Shown here one piece after another: positions 10,285 to 19,642 of a stretch of DNA of 64,000 nt. Location of the stretch: NCBI GenBank assembly GCA_902796915.1, contig CADBQS010000064.1, positions 12,591 through 76,590 on the forward strand, read 5' to 3'. Both the position numbers and the translations under genes were made by a program. Positions within the stretch are counted from its first letter, which is position 1. Every line of letters starts with the position of its first letter. Below the pieces are notes generated by a model. The model did not search any database. It was not told where the DNA came from and saw only the letters and a list, made by a program, of their open reading frames with translations. The stretch comes from an uncultured Ruminococcus sp. (GTDB lineage Bacteria > Bacillota > Clostridia > Oscillospirales > Acutalibacteraceae).

Positions 10285-11970
10285 ATGATTTCTCATTTAC
10301 ATATAGAGAATTTTGCCGTAATAAAGAATGTGGATATAAATTTTGGAGATAATTTAAATATAATAACAGGGGAAACCGGTGCCGGAAAATCTATTATTAT
10401 AGATGCTATAAATGCGATAATGGGAAGAAGAATATCAAAAGATATTATAAGGCAAGGTTGCGATAACGCCTTAGTAAGTGCATTGTTTATAAATAATAAT
10501 AATGAGATAATAAGTATTCTTAATAATATGGGATATGAAGCAGAAGAAAATGAGATTTTGATTTATAGAGAATTTAATGTAAACGGTAAAAATATTTGTA
10601 AAATAAACGGAAGGCCGGCTACAGTTTCAATATTGAAATCTTTAGGAGACGAATTAATTAGTACATTCGGACAGCACGAAAGTTACGGTTTATTTTCTCC
10701 TGATACACACATGGAATATATAGATATTATAGGTAATTTAAAAGATGATATTAAAGAATATAAGAATCTATATGAAAAATTATTATTAGTAAAAAATAAG
10801 TTAAAGTCTATTGTAAATAATAATGCAGAAAATGCTAGGATGTTAGACCTTTTAAAATATCAAATTAATGAACTAGAAGAGGCAAATTTAGTGAGTGGAG
10901 AAAAGGAAGAATTATTAAAATTAAGGGATGCCAATAGAAATAGTGAAAAAATAATGAATTCAATGTGTGAATCTGCAGATATATTAAATGGCAATGATAT
11001 GAATAGCGGAGCCGTTGATATGGTGGAGAAAGCTATGAATTTATTGGGAAATATATCTGAATATAATAGTGATATTGAAAGGGTATATAATCAATTATCT
11101 AATGTATATTATGAACTTGATGAATGTAGGGTAGATGTACAAAATATTAGAGAACAATTGGATTATAATCCGAAAGAGATAAATCGAATTGAAAGTAGAC
11201 TTGATTATCTTGATAAATTAAGTAGAAAATATGGCGAAACAACTGATGATATGATTAACTTTTTAGATGATGCTAAAAGGAAATTATCGGAAATAGAGTT
11301 GAGTGATGAGCAGATTAATGATATTAAAAACGAATATGATGTTCTTTACAATCGATGTTATAAAAAAGCAGAGTATATATCTGAAAAGAGAAATGAAATA
11401 GGAAATAAGTTTATAGAAAAAGTAGAAGATGAGTTAAAGTTTCTTGATATGCCTTATGTAAAGTTATTTTTAAATCAAGAAAAATGTGATATTAATGATA
11501 AAGGAATAGATAAAATTGAAATTTGGGCATCTACGAATAAGGGAGATACGGCAAAACCAATAAATAAAATAGCATCTGGAGGAGAGCTTTCGCGGATAAT
11601 GTTGGCAATAAAGAATACTGTATCAGATAGTGGAAATTCGGGAACTTTAATTTTTGATGAAGTTGATACAGGAGTAAGCGGTAGTGCAGCAAGAAAGATA
11701 GGAATAAAGCTAAAAGAGTTATCAAGAGAAAAACAGGTAATTTGTATTACTCATCTAGCCCAAATAGCGGCTATGGGTGACGAACATTTTATGGTAGACA
11801 AGAAAACAGAGAATAATATTACGTCTTCACATGTTAATAAATTAAGCTTTGAGGAAAGAAAAATTGAAATAGCAAGAATAATTGGTGGATTAGTAACATC
11901 GGAAATAAATATGAAAAATGCAGAGGAGATGCTAATAAATTCTAATATAAATATAAAAGGGAGTAGTTAG
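10285..11970 (+). CDS. recN: DNA repair protein RecN
   Basis: Walker A ITGETGAGKSIIIDA, a long coiled-coil middle region, the signature ASGGELSRIMLAIK and Walker B LIFDEVDTGVSG. Confidence 0.95.
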   Translation: MISHLHIENFAVIKNVDINFGDNLNIITGETGAGKSIIIDAINAIMGRRISKDIIRQGCDNALVSALFINNNNEIISILNNMGYEAEENEILIYREFNVNGKNICKINGRPATVSILKSLGDELISTFGQHESYGLFSPDTHMEYIDIIGNLKDDIKEYKNLYEKLLLVKNKLKSIVNNNAENARMLDLLKYQINELEEANLVSGEKEELLKLRDANRNSEKIMNSMCESADILNGNDMNSGAVDMVEKAMNLLGNISEYNSDIERVYNQLSNVYYELDECRVDVQNIREQLDYNPKEINRIESRLDYLDKLSRKYGETTDDMINFLDDAKRKLSEIELSDEQINDIKNEYDVLYNRCYKKAEYISEKRNEIGNKFIEKVEDELKFLDMPYVKLFLNQEKCDINDKGIDKIEIWASTNKGDTAKPINKIASGGELSRIMLAIKNTVSDSGNSGTLIFDEVDTGVSGSAARKIGIKLKELSREKQVICITHLAQIAAMGDEHFMVDKKTENNITSSHVNKLSFEERKIEIARIIGGLVTSEINMKNAEEMLINSNINIKGSS

Positions 11971-11971
11971 G

Positions 11972-12553
11972 ATGGAATTTTTAGTAGAGGTATCCGCAAG
12001 GCACATACATCTTTCAGATAATGCTATATGTAAGCTCTTTGGAGATGGATATAAATTAACACCTAAAAAGGATTTATCACAGCCCGGTCAGTTTGTTTGT
12101 GAAGAAAGATTGGAAATTGTGGGAAATAGAGGTTCCATAAAAAATGTTGCAATTTTGGGACCGTCACGTTCTAAAGTACAAGTGGAAATTTCTATGACTG
12201 ATTCTAGAAAAATAGGTATATCTACTGAAATAAGAGATTCAGGTAATATATCTGGAACAGCGGGGTGCAAACTTATAGGGCCTAAAGGTGAGCTTAAAAT
12301 AAATGAGGGGGTAATAATAGCACAAAGGCATATTCATATGTTACCTTCAGATGCACAGAGATTTTCTGTACAAGATGGACAAATAGTTTCAGTAAAAATA
12401 AACAGTCAATTAAGGAAAGTTATATTTGGAGATGTATTGATAAGAGTAAATCCATTATATAGTTTAGCAATGCATATAGATACAGATGAAGCGAATGCAG
12501 CAGGTGTTGTTTGCCCTACTTATGGAAGAATTGTTAAAGATATAGTTTTATAA
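11972..12553 (+). CDS. pduL: PduL-type phosphate acyltransferase (phosphate propanoyl/acetyltransferase)
   Basis: Two PduL repeats: VEVSARHIHLS...DLSQPGQF and IIAQRHIHMLPSDA...; 193 aa. Confidence 0.85.
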   Translation: MEFLVEVSARHIHLSDNAICKLFGDGYKLTPKKDLSQPGQFVCEERLEIVGNRGSIKNVAILGPSRSKVQVEISMTDSRKIGISTEIRDSGNISGTAGCKLIGPKGELKINEGVIIAQRHIHMLPSDAQRFSVQDGQIVSVKINSQLRKVIFGDVLIRVNPLYSLAMHIDTDEANAAGVVCPTYGRIVKDIVL

Positions 12554-12633
12554 TATTAAAAAATATATTAATCAGGTTGAATACTTAGAATAATTTAATA
12601 TAAAAATTTAATTTTTATTATTAATAGATTGGA

Positions 12634-12662
12634 TTGCAATAAATTGAGAAAAGTTGTATAAT
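12634..12662 (+). promoter_or_regulatory. Sigma-A type promoter candidate for pcrA
   Basis: TTGCAA, 17-nt spacer, TATAAT, located 36 nt upstream of the pcrA ATG. Confidence 0.5.
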
Positions 12663-12697
12663 TAATGCATCAAAAAATAAATTTTGGCGGTGCTTAA

Positions 12698-15085
12698 ATG
12701 AATAATACAGTAAAAGAGGAGTTTTTAAAGCTTAGAAGGAGCTTAATAGAACGGGACTTTTCCAGAATGAATGATAAGCAAAAGGAAGCTGTATTTTATA
12801 TGGATGGTCCATTGATAATATTTGCTGGTGCAGGAAGCGGTAAAACTACTGTTATAGTAAACCGAGTAGCTAATATGATTAAATATGGCTATGCTTATAA
12901 TAGTGATTTGGTTCCATCATACGTTACGGAAGAAACGATAGATAAGTTAAAAAATTTTATGCGTGATGGAGGAAATAGTGATGATATATCTGAAATCATT
13001 AAGGTATCACCGGTTGCCCCATGCAATATTCTTACCATAACATTTACTAATAAAGCGGCTAATGAGCTTAAAGAGCGACTTTCATTAATGTTGGGAGAGA
13101 ATAGTAAGGATGTTTGGGCGTCAACATTTCATTCTATGTGTTGCAGAATATTAAGAATTCATGCTGATAAATTAGGATATACAAATCAGTTTGCTATATA
13201 TGATACAGATGATACTAAAAAGCTTATTAAGGATTGTCAGAAGCAATTAAAAATAGATGATAAAGTGCTATCGTATAAATCTATAGCTTCAGAGATTTCT
13301 AGGGCTAAGGACCAGCTTTTGGGAGTGCGTGACTTTAAAGTTAAGTATGGAAGTGATTATAGGCTTTCAAAAATAGCAGAAGTGTACGAACTATATCAAA
13401 AGAGACTCAAAGATGCAGGTGCTATGGATTTTGATGATTTAATTGTTAATACGATAAATTTATTTAAATCTTTCCCAGATGTATTAGAAAAATATCAAGA
13501 AAAATTTAAATATATATTTGTTGATGAATATCAAGACACAAATTATGCACAGTATATATTAGTAAAATTACTTTCTGATAAGTATGGTAATTTATGTGTT
13601 GTTGGAGATGATGACCAAAGTATATATAAATTTAGAGGAGCAACAGTAGAAAATATAATTAATTTTGAAAAAATATATCCGCAGGCTAAAACTATAAGAT
13701 TAGAGCAAAACTATAGGTCTACGAAAAATATATTGAATGCAGCCAATGCATTAATAGCTAATAATGAAAATAGAAAAGGTAAAACATTATGGACGGAAAA
13801 TCCTGTTGGAGAAAAAATAAGTGTACATACCGCTTATAGTGAATATGATGAGGCTAATTATATCGTCAACGCAATAAAAAAAGGTGTTGATGAAGGAAGA
13901 AAGTATACTGATTTTGCAGTTTTATATAGAATGAATTCGCAATCTAATGTTTTAGAAAAGGTTTTTGTAAAATCTGGTATTCCATATAGGATGCTTGGCG
14001 GAGTAAGGTTTTATGAGCGTAAAGAAATAAAAGATATGATAGCATATTTGAGTGTTATAAATAATCCATTGGATGAAGTAAGGTTACGCAGAATTATAAA
14101 TCAGCCTAGGCGTTCAATTGGTGAACGTACTATATCGCAAGCACTGGAAATTGCAGTCCAAACAAACACTGGATTATTAGATGTTATAAGGAATGCTGAC
14201 AAATATGATTCTTTACAACGTGTTTCCGTAAAATTACAAGCATTTGCTGAAATTATAGATAGTCTTAAAGAACTGGCAGATAGCGGAAGAGTTTCATTAG
14301 AAGAATTATACAATATGGTATTAGATAAAATGGGATATATAGAATTTTTAAAGAATGATGATGACGATGCTGAATCGAGAATAGAAAATATACATGAACT
14401 GTCAAGTAATATAATTAAGTATGAGTCAGAACACCCAGAAGGAGCAACATTGTCTGGATTTTTAGAAGAAGTTTCTTTAATGACGGATATTGATAATTAC
14501 GATGAAAATTCTGATTCCGTAGTATTAATGACGATGCATTCAGCAAAGGGGTTAGAGTTCCCAGTTGTATTTTTACCGGGAGTGGAAGAAGGAATTTTCC
14601 CTGGAATGCAGGCTACGTATGACCCTATTGAGGTTCAGGAAGAACGCAGGCTTGCTTATGTTGGAATAACAAGAGCAAAAGAGAAGCTTTATATGTTAAA
14701 TTCAGATAGCCGAATGATTTTTGGAAGTACTTCACATAATAAGCTATCAAGGTTTGTTAGTGAAGTTCCAGAGGATATTATATTAAGGACAAAATCAAGA
14801 GATTGGAAAAAACTAGACCCAAGTGAAGAAACTCCTAAGTCAGCTCAAGAAATGAGAGTGAAATCCGCTATAGCTGCAAGGCATTTCGGTCAAGTTGTTG
14901 GTGGAGTAGGAAAAAGTGCGAATTTATCGTTCAATCCGGGTGATTTTGTTTTACACAATACTTTTGGAAAAGGTACAGTACTATCTTCAATGAATATGGG
15001 CAATGATAGTATGTTGGAAATAAATTTTGAGAATATTGGAATAAAAAAACTTATGTCGAATTTCGCTAGACTTCAAAAGGTTTAG
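12698..15085 (+). CDS. pcrA: ATP-dependent DNA helicase PcrA (UvrD/Rep family)
   Basis: SF1 helicase motifs AGAGSGKTTV, VDEYQDTN, QNYRST, MTMHSAKGLEFPVVFL and VGITRAKEKLY; 795 aa. Confidence 0.95.
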   Translation: MNNTVKEEFLKLRRSLIERDFSRMNDKQKEAVFYMDGPLIIFAGAGSGKTTVIVNRVANMIKYGYAYNSDLVPSYVTEETIDKLKNFMRDGGNSDDISEIIKVSPVAPCNILTITFTNKAANELKERLSLMLGENSKDVWASTFHSMCCRILRIHADKLGYTNQFAIYDTDDTKKLIKDCQKQLKIDDKVLSYKSIASEISRAKDQLLGVRDFKVKYGSDYRLSKIAEVYELYQKRLKDAGAMDFDDLIVNTINLFKSFPDVLEKYQEKFKYIFVDEYQDTNYAQYILVKLLSDKYGNLCVVGDDDQSIYKFRGATVENIINFEKIYPQAKTIRLEQNYRSTKNILNAANALIANNENRKGKTLWTENPVGEKISVHTAYSEYDEANYIVNAIKKGVDEGRKYTDFAVLYRMNSQSNVLEKVFVKSGIPYRMLGGVRFYERKEIKDMIAYLSVINNPLDEVRLRRIINQPRRSIGERTISQALEIAVQTNTGLLDVIRNADKYDSLQRVSVKLQAFAEIIDSLKELADSGRVSLEELYNMVLDKMGYIEFLKNDDDDAESRIENIHELSSNIIKYESEHPEGATLSGFLEEVSLMTDIDNYDENSDSVVLMTMHSAKGLEFPVVFLPGVEEGIFPGMQATYDPIEVQEERRLAYVGITRAKEKLYMLNSDSRMIFGSTSHNKLSRFVSEVPEDIILRTKSRDWKKLDPSEETPKSAQEMRVKSAIAARHFGQVVGGVGKSANLSFNPGDFVLHNTFGKGTVLSSMNMGNDSMLEINFENIGIKKLMSNFARLQKV

Positions 15086-15166
15086 ATGGTAGTAACATAA
15101 ATATAGATTTCCCCATAATATGTAATTGATAGCAAATCTCTTACATTTTTAGGGGGGAATTTTTAT

Positions 15167-16024
15167 ATGTCAGAAAATCTTACATCTTTTTCGTGTTCTA
15201 ATAATCAGAACAATTTCAAGGAAGCTGTATGTATAGATGCATACAGAATATATGATTCTTGTGCGGACAAAGACTGTTTAGAAGATTTGAGAGTATATTT
15301 CACGGAAGCTGGACAACACGTAATAGACCAGGCATGTAATGTTAGAGTACGTGACGTAAACGTAATTGATGTTTGCATCGATTTAGAAGCAGTACCTTTC
15401 CAAAAGGGATTTTATTCCGTTAATATGACATTCTTCTTTGAAGTATGCTTAGACGTATTTATGGCACCAGCAGCAATGCCTGTGACGGTTAATGGATTAT
15501 CAATATTTAGTAAAAAGGTTATACTTTATGGAAGTGAAGGAAGCGTAAGTATATATAGTTCGGAAAATTGTAGAAATGAAGCTACAAACGTGAATTTACC
15601 GGCAAGTAATTTACCAAGAGCAACAGTCCAAGTAGCGGACCCAATAGCACTATCGGCTAAGCTATGTGAATGCAGGGGATGTTGCTGCGAATTGAAATGT
15701 AATATACCAGATTGTATATGCACAAGATACGGTGGGGAATTTATAGTCCAAAACGCTGCTAAAACTGTAAGTGTTTCCATAGGATTATTTACAATAGTCC
15801 AAATCGAGAGAAACGTACCAATGATGATACCAACGTATGATTTCTGTATACCAGATAAAGAATGCGTATCTTCTTCAGACAATCCATGCGAATTATTTAG
15901 CAGAATAGAGTTCCCGACCGACGAATTTTTCCCGCCAAGAACAAGTGAAGCAGCCGATGGCGAGCATGGCTGCGGTTGCGGTAGACGCATAGAATATAAT
16001 GAAAGTTGCGGATGTCAAGATTAG
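15167..16024 (+). CDS. Cysteine-rich hypothetical protein (23 Cys in 285 aa), no signal peptide
   Basis: AGGGGGG SD before the ATG. Cys clusters are CADKDC, CECRGCCCELKCNIPDCIC and CGCGRR..CGCQD. G+C is clearly above the surroundings. A terminator lies directly downstream. I cannot name a family. Confidence 0.75.
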   Translation: MSENLTSFSCSNNQNNFKEAVCIDAYRIYDSCADKDCLEDLRVYFTEAGQHVIDQACNVRVRDVNVIDVCIDLEAVPFQKGFYSVNMTFFFEVCLDVFMAPAAMPVTVNGLSIFSKKVILYGSEGSVSIYSSENCRNEATNVNLPASNLPRATVQVADPIALSAKLCECRGCCCELKCNIPDCICTRYGGEFIVQNAAKTVSVSIGLFTIVQIERNVPMMIPTYDFCIPDKECVSSSDNPCELFSRIEFPTDEFFPPRTSEAADGEHGCGCGRRIEYNESCGCQD

Positions 16025-16054
16025 TTGATCACCGAAACACTTACGCAAGACAGT

Positions 16055-16095
16055 AAAACCCCGCTCGGCATACCAGCACGAGCGAGGCATTTTTT
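16055..16095. terminator. GC-rich bidirectional terminator shared by the convergent 285-aa and 96-aa genes
   Basis: Stem CCCCGCTCG / CGAGCGAGG (one mismatch), T6 run on the plus side and TTTT on the minus side. An outer 8-bp pairing CACCGAAA / TTTCGGTG encloses it. Confidence 0.75.
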
Positions 16096-16104
16096 CGGTG
16101 TCTT

Positions 16105-16395
16105 TCAATTTATACCCGCTTTACTTTCCAATTTTTGTAGCGCCTGGTCAACCAAGTCCAATCTTTTTTGGGTTTCATCCTTATATGTTTTGAGATCGTT
16201 ACAGAAAGGCTGCAGTGTTTTATTGCGATCCGCTTCTGCCTTGCCAAAATTCGCGGATTTTCCATTAGAAGATCCTTTAGTTTTTTCATTAAATGTTTCA
16301 CAAGCCTTGCTAGCTTTTTCAGCGAGTTTCGTCAATGCATCGAAAGTTACTGTTTTTTTATTAAGAGAACTAAAATTGCCAAATTCGCCTGCCAT
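16105..16395 (-). CDS. Hypothetical 96-aa helical protein
   Basis: AAGGAG SD 9 nt before the ATG. Elevated G+C like its convergent neighbour. The antisense plus-strand ORF 16025..16414 runs through the terminator and is rejected. Confidence 0.65.
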   Translation of the reverse strand: MAGEFGNFSSLNKKTVTFDALTKLAEKASKACETFNEKTKGSSNGKSANFGKAEADRNKTLQPFCNDLKTYKDETQKRLDLVDQALQKLESKAGIN

Positions 16396-16453
16396 AAAAA
16401 ATCACTCCTTATAAATATTTTGTTCACAGTTACTATTTTACTATTTTTTTTTT

Positions 16454-16482
16454 TTGTCAATAGTTTTTATAAAAAATAAAAT
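16454..16482 (+). promoter_or_regulatory. Promoter candidate for alaS
   Basis: TTGTCA, 17-nt spacer, TAAAAT, preceded by a T12 tract that could act as an UP element. Confidence 0.35.
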
Positions 16483-16635
16483 CAGGTTCTAAATAAGAAT
16501 TTTATAAAATATTTTTAGTAAATTTATAGCAAAATAAAGGCTAATTTGCTTTGTTAAATCTCTTTCTAAGCTAGATATAGCTATTTTCCTTTTAATGTGT
16601 TATGATAAAATAGATTATAATAAAAAGTAAAAAAG

Positions 16636-19224
16636 GTGATGTTAGTGAACAAAATATCTTCAAGAGAGATACGCGGAAAATTTTTAGAATTTTTCCAAAG
16701 AAAAGAACATATGCTTATAAGCGATTCATCAATCGTACCGAAAAATGACCCAACTTTATTATTTATAAATTCAGGCATGGCTCCGTTAAAGAAATTTTTT
16801 ACAGGTGAGGAAAATCCTCCAAGTCCAAGATTATGTGACGTACAACCTTGCATAAGGACTATAGATATTGATGAAATCGGGGACAAGCACCATTTAACAA
16901 GCTTTCAAATGCTAGGTAGTTGGTCTATAAACGATTACTTTAAAGAAAAGGCAATAAAGCTAGCCTACGAATTTTTGACTAAGGATTTAGGTATACATAA
17001 CGAAAAGCTTTACGTAACTATTTTTGCCGGCGACGATGAATTAGGACTTAATCCAGACGAAGAAGCAAGAAAATATTGGATTGAAGCTGGTATAGATGAA
17101 AATCATATAGTTGCATGCGGTAAGGAAGATAACTTTTGGGGACCGACGTCAGAAACAGGTCCATGTGGCCCCTGTACGGAAGTTTTTTACGATACAGGAG
17201 TTGGAGAAGAATATAAACTGGGTAAAGAATTCGACACAAAAAAGAGATATATAGAAATCTGGAATGCCGGAGTATTTATGCAGCTTAATAAGAACGCAGA
17301 TGGTACATATAGTAAATTAAGTTTTACTAGCGTAGATACTGGAGCAGGACTTGAGAGATTATCAATGGTATTGAATGATTGTAAATCTGTTTACGAGACG
17401 GATTTACTATGTCCTATAAAAGATAAAATTTATAGTAAAATTCATAGTGGTAATATATCCGAGAGAGATGTATTAATTATGACGGACCATTTAAGAACAT
17501 CGGTATTAATACTATCGGAAAAGGTAAAGCCATCTAACGAGGGTAGGGGATATATACCAAGAAAATTGATTAGAAAATGTATATTAATTATAAATAAATA
17601 TAAAATAGAGAACTTTGATTTTGAGGACGTTATAGAATTTATACTTGATTCTTATTGTGATATGTATCCTAACTTTATTAAAAATAAAGATTATATTTTG
17701 AATGAATTTAAAAATGAGTATAATCAATTTAGTAAAGTTTTGAAAGGCGGGTTAGAGAGACTAGAGCAGATTAAATTAAATTCTAAATCGATATCAGGAG
17801 ATGAAGCTTTTGAACTTGTAACCACGTTTGGACTACCTATTGATATAATTAAAGAATTTTGTAATGAAAATTCACTTTCATTAGATGAATTGGAATATAA
17901 GGAAAAATTACGTAAACATAAGGAAATATCGAGAAATTCAAATAAAGATAATTCGGAGAATGTATTATTAGAACAAAGCTTGTTAAATAATTATGGAAGT
18001 ACGTTATTTTGTGGATATGATAACTCAAAAATAGAAGGTAAAGTTTTAGGAATAATAAAAGAAAAAGCAAATTCTGAGAGTGCAAATTCGGGAGAGAAGG
18101 TATCCTTAATATTAGATAAAACATGTATGTATGCTGAATCTGGAGGGCAATGTTCAGACAAAGGATATATATATAATGATACGTTTAAAATGAGAGTCGA
18201 TGAAATAAAAAAGACTAAAAATGGAGTATTTATCCATATTGGAGAAATTAAAAGTGGGAAAATAACTTTAGGAGAAAATGTCATTTCGGAGTTTGATTTA
18301 GAAAGAAGGACTAATTCATCTAATAGTCACACAGCCGTACATTTACTACAAAGTGCATTAAGAAGCTTATTTGGTAATGAATTACATCAAGCAGGTTCTA
18401 AGATTGATGAATGTAAATTGAGATTTGATTTTAATTACGATAAACCGCTTCTTGAATCTGATATATTTAAAATTGAAGAGTTAGTTAACAAATATATTAG
18501 AAATAATGTAAAGATAAGTATTGAAGAAAAAGATATAAATAAAGCTATAAGCGAAGGAGCTATTGCTTTATTTGATAGTAAGTATGGAGAAAAAGTAAGG
18601 GTAGTTAGCGTTGATAATATTTCCAAAGAGTTGTGCGGTGGAACACATACGAGTATGACAGGAAATATAGGGTTATTTGTAATTACGTCAACAGAAGGAA
18701 TAGGAAAAGGCATAAAAAGAATATCTGCATTAACAGGAAAAGAAGCTATAAATTATATTCATCAGCAAAGGCATATAGTTAATGAGGTGTCAAGTTTACT
18801 GAAAGTAAAAAATGAAAACATAATTGAAAAATTACAAAAGCAATCTATTAAAGCTACAGATTCAAATAAAAAAGATAATGAATCTATAAATAAATCAGAT
18901 ATAGTATATGTGGAACCTAAAAACGGAGTAAACTTTGCATATATTACATGTAAGAATAGCTATAAATCAATAAACGACGATGTTATAAATATAGCTGATG
19001 CTATTAAGGGAGTAATTTTATGTATATGCTCGGGAGAGAAAAAAAGAATAATAATTGCTTCTAGTATAGAAACTAAAGACAAATTTAAGTCTAATGAAAT
19101 AATAAATTATATGATGGAAAGATTAGAGGGAAAAGGTGGAGGAAGTCCACGTTTGGCATCTGGTGGCACAAATAAAAATGAATCTGAAATCATAAATGTG
19201 TTTAAAAATTTGAGCGAGATGTAA
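16636..19224 (+). CDS. alaS: Alanine--tRNA ligase
   Basis: LLFINSGMAPLKKFF and HHLTSFQMLGSWS (class II core), editing-domain HTAVHLLQSAL and CGGTH, and a DHHA1-like C-terminus. The start is GTG 16636, ATG 16639 or GTG 16645. Confidence 0.96.
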   Translation: MMLVNKISSREIRGKFLEFFQRKEHMLISDSSIVPKNDPTLLFINSGMAPLKKFFTGEENPPSPRLCDVQPCIRTIDIDEIGDKHHLTSFQMLGSWSINDYFKEKAIKLAYEFLTKDLGIHNEKLYVTIFAGDDELGLNPDEEARKYWIEAGIDENHIVACGKEDNFWGPTSETGPCGPCTEVFYDTGVGEEYKLGKEFDTKKRYIEIWNAGVFMQLNKNADGTYSKLSFTSVDTGAGLERLSMVLNDCKSVYETDLLCPIKDKIYSKIHSGNISERDVLIMTDHLRTSVLILSEKVKPSNEGRGYIPRKLIRKCILIINKYKIENFDFEDVIEFILDSYCDMYPNFIKNKDYILNEFKNEYNQFSKVLKGGLERLEQIKLNSKSISGDEAFELVTTFGLPIDIIKEFCNENSLSLDELEYKEKLRKHKEISRNSNKDNSENVLLEQSLLNNYGSTLFCGYDNSKIEGKVLGIIKEKANSESANSGEKVSLILDKTCMYAESGGQCSDKGYIYNDTFKMRVDEIKKTKNGVFIHIGEIKSGKITLGENVISEFDLERRTNSSNSHTAVHLLQSALRSLFGNELHQAGSKIDECKLRFDFNYDKPLLESDIFKIEELVNKYIRNNVKISIEEKDINKAISEGAIALFDSKYGEKVRVVSVDNISKELCGGTHTSMTGNIGLFVITSTEGIGKGIKRISALTGKEAINYIHQQRHIVNEVSSLLKVKNENIIEKLQKQSIKATDSNKKDNESINKSDIVYVEPKNGVNFAYITCKNSYKSINDDVINIADAIKGVILCICSGEKKRIIIASSIETKDKFKSNEIINYMMERLEGKGGGSPRLASGGTNKNESEIINVFKNLSEM

Positions 19225-19307
19225 AAAACAACAAAAAAAATACACGTTGACAGAATATGATGAAAGGAGAGATTGTAATGAGCGATATACGTGTAGAGTT
19301 TTAATCA

Positions 19308-19607
19308 TTGAAAAACCACAAAGGAAAGATAATTTGTGTTGCTTATATACCTTTAGATGAAGCAAGGAGACTAAAACCTACGTTGGATAGTTTTTATAAA
19401 AATAATGATTATTTGGTATTTCTGAATGGCTCAAAAGGATATAATTCTGAATGGTGTCGAGCTGGTCTCAGAGCAAATAAAGATGGAATATGGAATTTTT
19501 GCTTTTGCTGTGATGATACAGGTTATGTTGCAGATTTTGCTGCTGCTTTAATTGATGCGGATTCTAATGTAAATGTTTCGTTATTTGATTTAGATAGGTC
19601 AAGATAA
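19308..19607 (+). CDS. Hypothetical protein, possibly a pseudogene (in-frame TAA separates it from a well-positioned ATG at 19278)
   Basis: 99-aa ORF from TTG 19308 with no SD. ATG 19278 has an AAAGGAGAG SD but hits TAA at 19302 in the same frame. The product (..CFCCDDTGYVADFAAAL..) has no motif I recognise. Confidence 0.45.
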   Translation: MKNHKGKIICVAYIPLDEARRLKPTLDSFYKNNDYLVFLNGSKGYNSEWCRAGLRANKDGIWNFCFCCDDTGYVADFAAALIDADSNVNVSLFDLDRSR

Positions 19608-19617
19608 AATTAAAAAT

Positions 19618-19642
19618 AGGGATGATATTCTATATCATCCCT
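19618..19642. terminator. Bidirectional terminator between the 99-aa ORF and tyrS
   Basis: 11-bp stem AGGGATGATAT / ATATCATCCCT with a 3-nt loop and T-rich tracts on both sides. It overlaps the tyrS stop codon. Confidence 0.7.

Noticed and set aside
15526-16414. Long ORFs antisense to, or overlapping, the island genes: 15526..15990 (-), 15893..16108 (-), 16025..16414 (+), 16168..16479 (+).
   Set aside because: They lie opposite better-supported genes with SDs. One runs straight through the terminator hairpin. Long antisense frames are expected where G+C is locally high.
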